Assembly (NCBI GenBank): GCA_964514965.1
Contig: CAZETV010000002.1
Location: forward strand, 1 to 32,000
Source: Candidatus Hadarchaeota archaeon
Lineage (GTDB): Archaea > Hadarchaeota > Hadarchaeia > Hadarchaeales > Hadarchaeaceae
DNA length: 32,000 nucleotides
Reading direction: 5' to 3'
The position numbers were made by a program, and so were the translations under genes. Numbering within the stretch: the stretch's first letter is position 1; each line of letters starts with the position of its first letter. The notes below the pieces were generated by a model. The model had not been told where the DNA came from. It did no database searches and saw only the letters and a program-made list of their open reading frames with translations. Below, piece after piece: positions 10,089 to 17,315 of this stretch.

Positions 10089-10499
10089 CTAAACGCTCCT
10101 CACAGACGCTCTGGCGCCGCACGCCTCGCACCGTAGAATGTAAATTCGTTCGTGCCGCTCGAGCTTAGTGTCAGGCTTTCCACACTCGCGACAGAACACG
10201 AACTCCTCGACATAACGTTGGATTCGCTCGTTCACCGCCGTATTCAAAAATTTTCCCTGAAAAACAACCTGAGTCCCCTCGATGTTGCCAGCTACCCCCA
10301 GCTCTCGGAGTAGATATTTTATGAGATGTTCAGGCTCGCGGTTGAGGGCGCTTGCGATGCTTCGAAAGTTCTGGAGGATTGTGCGGTTTCCAACAATCGC
10401 AACTTCTGCCTCGGGAATCTGGAAGCGAGAACTCTCGAACACCGCTTTAGGTACCTGCTCGAGAGCGCGGTCGAGCAGTTTTTCGTAATCTTCACTCAT
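10089..10499 (-). CDS. eif2b: Translation initiation factor aIF-2 beta subunit
   Basis: 136-aa ORF with a C-terminal zinc ribbon (CRECGKPDT...LRCEACGA) and a typical aIF-2 beta core. Confidence 0.9.
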   Translation of the reverse strand: MSEDYEKLLDRALEQVPKAVFESSRFQIPEAEVAIVGNRTILQNFRSIASALNREPEHLIKYLLRELGVAGNIEGTQVVFQGKFLNTAVNERIQRYVEEFVFCRECGKPDTKLERHERIYILRCEACGARASVRSV

Positions 10500-11233
10500 C
10501 CTAATCGCCTGAACCTGCCAGTACGAGGCTCGAATATTTCGCTTTCCACGAGCAGCACTCGGAGAGCATCCTCTAAATCGGCTCGGTGAATGTCAAGCTC
10601 AGCTGCTATGTCAGCGGGCGCTGCTCCTTCGCCCTTGTCGAGCTTCTCGATCGCTAGGATTACCCGCTTTTTAGTCTCGTCGGGCACCTCGGGCAACGGA
10701 GGCACTTCTGTCTCCTCTATGGTCTCAACGGTTGGCTCCACCTCTGAAGATACAGGGGATAACTCTATCTGCAGCCGCCGTGGCTCGAGCGTTGCCTCTC
10801 GCTTTGGCTGCGGTCGTACCCCCTGTGCTAAGGCTAGCCTCCGCACGCGTAGAATCTCGAGTTCTCGCACAAGTTCCCAGTTTGAGTCTTCAACACGAAA
10901 GATGAAATCGGGCACGAGGTATACTTCCCCCTCGAACTCCCGCACGCGCCCTATGATATCGATGAGATCCCCCACATTGAAGCTCGCAAGTTCTGGCACA
11001 CCTTCCCGCCAAGCTCGAAGGCTTATGGTCTCGCTTCCATCATCGAGCCGAAGCGTAGCATAACCCTGGTCATCTCTCACAAATTTATCCACCACTGTAC
11101 CTAACACGCGGGCGCGGGGGATGCGCTGGCCCCAAGGGGTAAGCAAGTAACTTGGCTCGGTACCCTCAGGTGAGCGGACATACTGGCCACGCACTAAGTC
11201 CTCAATCTTGAGCTTATATGCGGTTGAGAGCAT
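10496..11233 (-). CDS. OB-fold nucleic-acid-binding protein with C-terminal winged-helix domain (RPA32/RPA2-like)
   Basis: OB-fold pattern (ARVLGTVVDKFVRDDQGYATLRLDDGSETISLRAW...GDLIDIIGRVREFEGEVYL), an acidic linker, and a C-terminal WH-like segment. ATG at 11233, with an upstream TTG at 11257 as the alternative. Overlaps aIF-2 beta by 4 nt. Confidence 0.5.
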   Translation of the reverse strand: MLSTAYKLKIEDLVRGQYVRSPEGTEPSYLLTPWGQRIPRARVLGTVVDKFVRDDQGYATLRLDDGSETISLRAWREGVPELASFNVGDLIDIIGRVREFEGEVYLVPDFIFRVEDSNWELVRELEILRVRRLALAQGVRPQPKREATLEPRRLQIELSPVSSEVEPTVETIEETEVPPLPEVPDETKKRVILAIEKLDKGEGAAPADIAAELDIHRADLEDALRVLLVESEIFEPRTGRFRRLG

Positions 11234-11287
11234 TTTATCAGTGAATATTCGAGGCAAATCCTTAAAGAACCTTCTATGGTGTTGGGT

Positions 11288-11833
11288 ATGTTTGAGCTAA
11301 GGGGTGTGTTCGGCAAGCGCGTCGTGGAGGTGGTCGGTGGACAAGCTAGAGTGGATGATGTCGACGAATTTTTGAGAAAGCTTGCCAAGATAGACAGGGA
11401 AAATCGAACTACCAACCAAGTGTTCGACGCTTCGAGCATAGCCGGCAAAGAGCACTTGGTGCACGCTACTCGCCTTGCCATCATCGCTCACGCCACAAAA
11501 AAGAACTTCGCTAGCTCGATGAATATCGAACTCGTCTGCTGGGCGGCCGCTGAGCGGCAGATCACGCGGGCATTTGAGAAGGTTGGGTTGCGCAAGAATA
11601 GCAAAGACTTAGCAATTCTAACTTTGGGGGACTCGCGTGCACGAGTAAATCAGGCATCAATCAACATCCGTCACGAATTGAGCTTAAAGCGTGCCGATGA
11701 TGTACTCGATGTGACGCGAGAGAAGGTTTCAAAGCTGCTTAAGGTTTTCTCGATACAAAATGATGAACTGAAAATTGCACCAATTCAAAAACTTGTGCTC
11801 GAACGGATAGCGCTCTTAACCCTGGAAAAATAG
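11288..11833 (+). CDS. cgi121: KEOPS complex subunit Cgi121
   Basis: FDASSIAGKEHLVHATRLAI...ELVCWAAAERQITRAFEKVGL fits my memory of the archaeal Cgi121 pattern. The ATG at 11288 lies ~24 nt downstream of a TTAAAG TATA-like element. The ATG at 11276 is the alternative. Confidence 0.6.
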   Translation: MFELRGVFGKRVVEVVGGQARVDDVDEFLRKLAKIDRENRTTNQVFDASSIAGKEHLVHATRLAIIAHATKKNFASSMNIELVCWAAAERQITRAFEKVGLRKNSKDLAILTLGDSRARVNQASINIRHELSLKRADDVLDVTREKVSKLLKVFSIQNDELKIAPIQKLVLERIALLTLEK

Positions 11834-11836
11834 GCT

Positions 11837-12124
11837 TTACTCAAGGAGCTTTTCTAATCCCTCATCTTTAAGTATGGTAGTAATTTTGGCGCACGCAGGC
11901 ATGATCGGTTTTTCTGAAGTCACGAGTTTGCCTTCTTCATCGATTGACACATATTTAGCTTTCAATAGTTCTTTTATCTCGGATACAATGCACAGGAGTT
12001 CCGCCTCGGTGCCGGTATAAACGTAGTAATAATGCTTGCCCTTGAGATTGAGGTAGAACAGCCACCCTTGACTGCGCGCGATATTCACTACGTCCTCAAG
12101 GTCCTTACACCACAAGATTTTCAT
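11837..12124 (-). CDS. Hypothetical small protein (95 aa), family not recognised
   Basis: Clean ORF with an ATG start. It overlaps the 3' end of the upstream PhoU/RCK_C gene by 20 nt, so it is probably co-transcribed. Confidence 0.4.
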   Translation of the reverse strand: MKILWCKDLEDVVNIARSQGWLFYLNLKGKHYYYVYTGTEAELLCIVSEIKELLKAKYVSIDEEGKLVTSEKPIMPACAKITTILKDEGLEKLLE

Positions 12125-13289
12125 GTTTTAACCCCGCGGCTGCCTTCTGCACATTTTGAACACCACGCTGAGAACCTCGTATGATTAACAAATCCCCGAC
12201 ACGAATTCGGGTGCGCCTGCTCGGATCGAACTTATAATGTTTACCCCGCTTAATCAACAGCACGTATGCCCCCATTGTTGTCCATAGATTAAGCTCTTTT
12301 AGAGATTTCCCCACAAAATATGACCTTTCCGCAACATTGACTCTCCCTATTTGCTCATCGGCTTCAGATAGAGCTCTGGAGAACACCGGATGCAACTCGA
12401 CTCCCCGGGTCACCACATCCGCAATCGAAACAGCTGCATCGGATATTTGCTCGATTGACCTGACCATCTGTAACAAGCCGTTGAGTCTTGCCACGTTTCG
12501 TTCCAACTTTGCTGCTTTAAGCGTGGCAATCCAGAGCTTATAGCTGAGCTTATCGAATTTTTCTTCTGCCTCCATTACTTCCTCGGCGATATCGCTGGAA
12601 CCAAACAAAATCGATGAATACGCCATGTCAACCATTAAACTGCTTAGATCGCGCATCTCGGCTAGGGCTTTCCGGACCGACGATAATCGCCGCTTGGGAA
12701 CCCGAACTTCTCTGTGCGCCCCAGCCATCTTACATAGAATTGCGATGCCGTCTGGGGGCCCCTTCACAACGAGCGCATCACCAACATGCACTTCGGTGCC
12801 CTTTTGCGGGGGAACTATCCATAATTTGCCACGTTTTATGGCGAACGTCCAAATGCCTATACTCGAAGGCAACTTCAGCTCGTAAAATTTCTTGCCGACG
12901 AGTACCGAGCCTTCACTTACGTCAATCCAAACGATCTTCTCATCAGCCGTTCGGAGGGCATCGCATGCCACGGGGTGAATTTCAATCCCCAGTCGAACCA
13001 AGTCAGCGATGTCACCAGTAGCGTTTGAGACCGCTTCCGCTGCACCTGCAACTTGAAGGATTCCAGTTATTTTTCGAGCTTCACGAACGTCCCGCGTCAC
13101 GACTGCGGCAATAGTTCTGATTTGATACATGAGGCTATCCATTCGCGTTTCAAGTTCGTGAACATGATCCGCAAGCTCATCACTCCCGAAAAGCACCGCC
13201 GCGTAAGAGAGATCTATCATAAGGTCTGAAACATCTTTCATCTCGGTTAAGAGCTCTCGCACACTCTTGGGTTTAAACGATTTTGACAT
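12105..13289 (-). CDS. Cytosolic regulatory protein with duplicated PhoU-like + TrkA-C (RCK_C) modules (COG3273-like)
   Basis: 394-aa ORF with an internal duplication. Each half has a PhoU-like helical region (EMKDVSDLMIDLSYAAVLFGS / EMRDLSSLMVDMAYSSILFGS) followed by an RCK_C-like beta domain (GSVLVGKKFYELKLP / RSYFVGKSLKELNL). Confidence 0.7.
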   Translation of the reverse strand: MSKSFKPKSVRELLTEMKDVSDLMIDLSYAAVLFGSDELADHVHELETRMDSLMYQIRTIAAVVTRDVREARKITGILQVAGAAEAVSNATGDIADLVRLGIEIHPVACDALRTADEKIVWIDVSEGSVLVGKKFYELKLPSSIGIWTFAIKRGKLWIVPPQKGTEVHVGDALVVKGPPDGIAILCKMAGAHREVRVPKRRLSSVRKALAEMRDLSSLMVDMAYSSILFGSSDIAEEVMEAEEKFDKLSYKLWIATLKAAKLERNVARLNGLLQMVRSIEQISDAAVSIADVVTRGVELHPVFSRALSEADEQIGRVNVAERSYFVGKSLKELNLWTTMGAYVLLIKRGKHYKFDPSRRTRIRVGDLLIIRGSQRGVQNVQKAAAGLKHENLVV

Positions 13290-13293
13290 GCTT

Positions 13294-13854
13294 CTACACT
13301 CCGAATATTATTATTGCCACCAATAAACACGTTACGCCCAGCACATCTCCGACTGAGGTTATAATCGGTATTACCACATTATCTGGGTCTAATCCACCTC
13401 TAAATGAAATGAAAGCCAATATAATCGTTGCTAAAACTACGGCGACGGTTAAAGCTATGCCTGCAGTGAAGAATGCGAACGATAGGGAAAGCGAACGAAC
13501 GAGTGGTATACCTGACACATACGCGATCGTGAAAAATATCACACCGATGAATGAAAATATTATGAAGCTGACCATTGCCGAAGCAACCATGTTCCTCCGT
13601 AGCACTCGCTGCCCTCTCAGTCTCGGCTCTAATGTTCCTAGGTGAAGTGCAGAACTTAGCCGGGCGCCGAGGATACTTCCTATGTTCCCTCCCAAACCGT
13701 TTATCGGTGGGATCATCATCAAAATTATTGGTAGCTCAGATATTTTTTGAATACTTGAGTTCAGCATGTAGCCCGCAACGAGTGATATAATCATAGATGC
13801 TATTAGCACCGGAAAGCTCTCAAGCACTATTCGTTTAACATGGTAAACAGCCAT
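13294..13854 (-). CDS. MgtE/SLC41-like divalent-cation transporter, membrane domain only (COG1824-like)
   Basis: 186-aa polytopic ORF with GLGGNIGSILGARLSSALHLG and DPDNVVIPIITSVGDVLGV motifs, as in MgtE transmembrane domains. Confidence 0.7.
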   Translation of the reverse strand: MAVYHVKRIVLESFPVLIASMIISLVAGYMLNSSIQKISELPIILMMIPPINGLGGNIGSILGARLSSALHLGTLEPRLRGQRVLRRNMVASAMVSFIIFSFIGVIFFTIAYVSGIPLVRSLSLSFAFFTAGIALTVAVVLATIILAFISFRGGLDPDNVVIPIITSVGDVLGVTCLLVAIIIFGV

Positions 13855-13857
13855 TTT

Positions 13858-14442
13858 TCACACCACCAAGAACACAGCCAAGTAAATGCAGGCGATTGTC
13901 ACCAAGTCCCCAATCGTCGCCATCATCGGGCTCGTGATATTATCAGGATCCCAACCCCGCGCGTAGGATGTTACTGCCACAAAAACGGTCATTAGAGCGA
14001 GAATTAATCCAGAAAGAAATCCGGCAAAGACGGCTATCGCTGTTAATTTTATCATTAGCTCTAACAAGCCAATAGTGGGGGCGCTGGTTAACAAATTCAC
14101 CCCGAAGGAAAGTAACCCGATAGTCGCAGGCGCGATAATGCTGAGGATCAAAGAAGAAATTAAATTGACCTTGATTTCGGCGGACAACTTAAGGCGAGGT
14201 TCGATCAATCCAGCATTTAGTGCTGTCCCAAGGCGAGAGGCTAGAGCACCATTGATGTTTCCCCGAAGATCGAGTAGGGGCGGAACCATCACAATGAGTC
14301 CGGGAAGTAGATTGACAAAGTACCCCCGCATCTCCTCAAACACCCCGCCAGCACTGAGTTCAATGAGGGCGCACAAGAACAAGATTGAAATTCCTTGCAA
14401 CACGATGGAGCGAATGCTTAACTCTCGGGCCATCATTCTCAC
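13858..14442 (-). CDS. MgtE/SLC41-like divalent-cation transporter, membrane domain only (paralogue of the downstream gene)
   Basis: 194-aa polytopic ORF with DLRGNINGALASRLGTALNAG and DPDNITSPMMATIGDLV motifs. Confidence 0.7.
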   Translation of the reverse strand: MRMMARELSIRSIVLQGISILFLCALIELSAGGVFEEMRGYFVNLLPGLIVMVPPLLDLRGNINGALASRLGTALNAGLIEPRLKLSAEIKVNLISSLILSIIAPATIGLLSFGVNLLTSAPTIGLLELMIKLTAIAVFAGFLSGLILALMTVFVAVTSYARGWDPDNITSPMMATIGDLVTIACIYLAVFLVV

Positions 14443-14670
14443 CGAAAGTCCTTGGCTGCTTTCCTATAAAAGGGAAAACTTATGTTTCGCTAATTAGGTT
14501 TTGTGTAGCGAAAAGAGTTTTGGCCCTAGATTGAAAAAAAGAACAAGTTATCGACATCAAAATGGTGCGCATATAACCTTACTCGGCCCGAAAATGTTTA
14601 GATTTGAATAATGCACGATACTGGCCCTGCATTTATTTATTGATGGTAAGTAACCTTCCTTAGGAGACAT

Positions 14671-15471
14671 ATGAAAGTTGTTCACATATCCGACTTGCAT
14701 TGCGGAGAAAATCCATACGCCCCTCAGAAGCTTGAGATGGCTATAAGAGAGATAAACAACATGAAGCCCGATGTTGTAGTGCTTACCGGAGACCTAACTT
14801 GGAACGGACTCTTAGAGGAGTACAGCCTGGCGAAGGAGTACCTCGAAAAACTTGAATGCAAGCATCTCCTCATAGGCGGGGGAAATCACGACTATAAACT
14901 CACGGGCTTTTTGCTCCTAAACAAATTTTTCCCTAGACCTGAAGTTCTAGTGACGGAAGACGCGGTGGTCTGTTACATCTCAACCTCAAGGCCCGACAGA
15001 GATGACGGCGAGGTCGGACACCGGCAACTCCTTTGGATTCGGGAAATTATGAAGAAATACAAAAATAAGTTCAAGGTAGTCGCCATGCATCATCACTTGG
15101 TGCCTATTCCTGACACGGGGACTTCACAGAATCTAGTCTTAGATGCTGGAGACGTGCTCAAAGTATTAATTGAAAGTGGCGTGAACTTGGTTCTGTGCGG
15201 GCATAAACATAGACCGTGGAAAACGAAAATTGAAGATATGCACATACTTAACGCGGGTAGCGTTTCTTCTCGAAGATTGCGCGGATTTTTTTCCAACTCT
15301 TACAACACTATAAATATAAAAGCAAATTCCTTCCGCGCAGAGTTAAAGATTGTCGGAAAGAGGAAAATGAGTTTCGAAGAGATATTGCGAGGTTATGATG
15401 GCATTTCACCTCGGGAAATTAAACCACTCCCCACCGGCTACTCCCATCACAAAAAGAAAGAGCAAAGTTAA
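14671..15471 (+). CDS. Calcineurin-like metallophosphoesterase
   Basis: Has the DLH, GDLT, GNHD, HHH and GHKH metal-ligand motifs in canonical order. An SD (GGAGA) lies 3 nt before the ATG. The gene is visibly more AT-rich than the flanking genes. Confidence 0.75.
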   Translation: MKVVHISDLHCGENPYAPQKLEMAIREINNMKPDVVVLTGDLTWNGLLEEYSLAKEYLEKLECKHLLIGGGNHDYKLTGFLLLNKFFPRPEVLVTEDAVVCYISTSRPDRDDGEVGHRQLLWIREIMKKYKNKFKVVAMHHHLVPIPDTGTSQNLVLDAGDVLKVLIESGVNLVLCGHKHRPWKTKIEDMHILNAGSVSSRRLRGFFSNSYNTINIKANSFRAELKIVGKRKMSFEEILRGYDGISPREIKPLPTGYSHHKKKEQS

Positions 15472-15621
15472 GGGTACCGTAATAATGCTGTGTAATACAT
15501 TTGAAACCATTTGTTACCATTCTGCGGTTATAGATAATTTCAAACCCGCCTTGATTCAGATAATTAAGTTTAATTTTTAAATAGACGATTCCGAAATGGA
15601 TATCTTAAGAGGTAAATAAAA

Positions 15622-15804
15622 ATGATGGGTTTTAAAAAAGCGATAGCAATAGTCATTTTCACTACAATCGTGGCAGGTTTAGCAGAATACATCAATATAC
15701 TTGCACATCCAAATCTTCAGCCATTATTGACGATATTCATAATTACTATGACAACTTTGACAAATGGATTGTCTGTGTGGTATTATTGCCATAAAAAGTC
15801 TTAA
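15622..15804 (+). CDS. Hypothetical small membrane protein (60 aa, two hydrophobic helices)
   Basis: ATG preceded by GAGGT 9 nt upstream, and two TM-like segments. Very AT-rich, and no recognisable family. Confidence 0.35.
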   Translation: MMGFKKAIAIVIFTTIVAGLAEYINILAHPNLQPLLTIFIITMTTLTNGLSVWYYCHKKS

Positions 15805-15898
15805 CGTCGCCTCTGTGTGTTGTAGTGTAATACTTGGATGGGACTTATTCAAAAGCTGGTTTGATGTTGCAACCTGTTTTACACGCTTATTTAACAAC

Positions 15899-15927
15899 TG
15901 GTGCGGGGGAGGGGATTCGCACCCCTG
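15899..15927 (-). repeat. Orphan copy of the 3' end of tRNA-Leu (C48 plus T-arm, acceptor 3' strand, A73 and CCA); direct repeat of 21000-21028 (candidate att site)
   Basis: tggtgcgggggaggggattcgcacccctg versus tggtgcgggagaggggattcgaacccccg gives 26/29 identical in the same orientation. No remaining tRNA structure follows it. Confidence 0.7.
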
Positions 15928-16121
15928 TTTACTAGTAAATTAAGATTTTAAATCAGTTTTTTTACTCTTGATGGCTCATCTCAAGCCATCTAACTCGAAC
16001 ACGGTGCACGTGCCAATTACTAACTAATACCTCGGGGCTAAAATTCGACCCCAAACGTCTAATACACTATGCCTCTAGAGCCTCCTTTACTTTCCTCAGC
16101 GTTAACCATCGTGCGTCAGGC

Positions 16122-16154
16122 TTAAATAGTAGTTCAAATAATTTTGAAATACTA
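16122..16154 (+). promoter_or_regulatory. TATA-like box (TTAAATA, 16122-16128) plus a 28-bp imperfect palindrome (16127-16154) reaching the permease start codon; candidate ArsR operator
   Basis: TAGTAGTTCAAATA|ATTTTGAAATACTA has 11/14 half-site positions symmetric. The core is TTCAAA-taat-TTTGAA and the outer arms are TAGTA/TACTA. The ATG is at 16154. Confidence 0.45.
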
Positions 16155-17248
16155 TGTACGACATTATCGGATCCGGCTTGAACGCCCTGATGGAGTACCT
16201 CTCGGCGCACGTGCTCACCTGCCTAGTACCGGCTTTCTTCATCTCGGGGGCGATAGCAGTTCTGGTCAGCAAGGGAACCGTCATCAAATACTTCGGGGCG
16301 GGGACCAAGAAGTGGCTGTCCTACAGCGTCGCCTCTGTATCCGGGACAATCTTGGCCGTCTGCAGCTGTACCATCCTGCCCATGTTTCAAGGCATCTACA
16401 AAAGAGGGGCCGGCATTGGGCCGGCCACCGCCTTCCTGTTTTCAGGTCCGGCAATCAACGTGCTGGCGATAGTGTTCACCGCCGGCATACTGGGCTTCGA
16501 TCTGGGGATTGCCAGGGCCGTGGCCTCGATCTCCATGTCGGTGATAATCGGCTTGGTCATGGCCGCAGTTTTCGAGAGGGGCAAGAGGGCGGGGGCCGCG
16601 GCCGTTGCTCCGGCAGTCGCCCAGGTAGAGGCCACTGGGACGCGCCCCAGATATATCTCCCCAGCGTTCTTCGCCCTGCTGGTCACGATACTGCTAGTCG
16701 GCGCTTCTGGCCTGATCTCCCTAGAGTTCAGGCTGGCGGTCGTGTATTTGCTCACCATAGCGGTCGCCGTGATATTGATATTCTACTACTCTAGGGACGA
16801 GGTCAAAAGCTGGGGCCGCGAGACCTGGTGGGTGGTGAAAAGGATATTCCCGATCCTTCTGGTCGGAGTTTTTATAGTTGGGGCCATCGGGGGCGTCGCC
16901 GCTAATTTCTCGCCGTCGCACGACCCGTCGACCGCAGTGGGCGAGCTGACTAGGCCCTACCTCGGCAACAACTCACTCCTCGCCTGCCTGCTGGGGTCCG
17001 TCATCGGGGCGCTCCTCTATATGCCGACGCTGCTCGAGGTCCCGATAGTGGGGACGTTTTTCGGCTACAGCTCCAGGCTCATGGCCGCCGGGCCCGCCCT
17101 CGCCCTGCTGCTGGCCGGACCGGCCATAAGCCTGCCCAGCATGATCGTGATTGTGAGGATGATCGGGTGGAGAAAGGCCAGCGTTTACATTACGCTGGTG
17201 GTCACCGTCGCCACGGCGATGGGCATAATCTACGGTGGATTGGCATGA
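16154..17248 (+). CDS. Permease of the COG0701 / ArsP-like family with a vicinal CxC motif
   Basis: 364-aa polytopic ORF. ILAVCSCTILPMF (Cys-Ser-Cys within a TM helix) and GPATAFLFSGPAINV are typical of this family, which is commonly found next to thioredoxin-like and ArsR genes. Confidence 0.8.
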   Translation: MYDIIGSGLNALMEYLSAHVLTCLVPAFFISGAIAVLVSKGTVIKYFGAGTKKWLSYSVASVSGTILAVCSCTILPMFQGIYKRGAGIGPATAFLFSGPAINVLAIVFTAGILGFDLGIARAVASISMSVIIGLVMAAVFERGKRAGAAAVAPAVAQVEATGTRPRYISPAFFALLVTILLVGASGLISLEFRLAVVYLLTIAVAVILIFYYSRDEVKSWGRETWWVVKRIFPILLVGVFIVGAIGGVAANFSPSHDPSTAVGELTRPYLGNNSLLACLLGSVIGALLYMPTLLEVPIVGTFFGYSSRLMAAGPALALLLAGPAISLPSMIVIVRMIGWRKASVYITLVVTVATAMGIIYGGLA

Positions 17249-17315
17249 TCGCCTCAACGTTCGAACCTCCAACATACTGAGGTCTGCCCACGAAAAAACA
17301 TCCGAAGGGTCAAAC

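Noticed and set aside
16030-16055. Sequence ggggctaaaattcgacccc, superficially resembling another tRNA T-arm fragment (attcga-cccc).
   Set aside because: The stem-loop would have an 11-nt loop rather than a 7-nt T-loop, and there is no adjacent acceptor sequence. The resemblance is probably coincidental.
17235-17315. GTG-initiated extension of the P-type ATPase overlapping the permease stop.
   Set aside because: The extension has no similarity to P-type ATPase N-termini. The ATG at 17316 gives the typical N-terminus (…LDAQEVQRRLAKYGYNEVPE).
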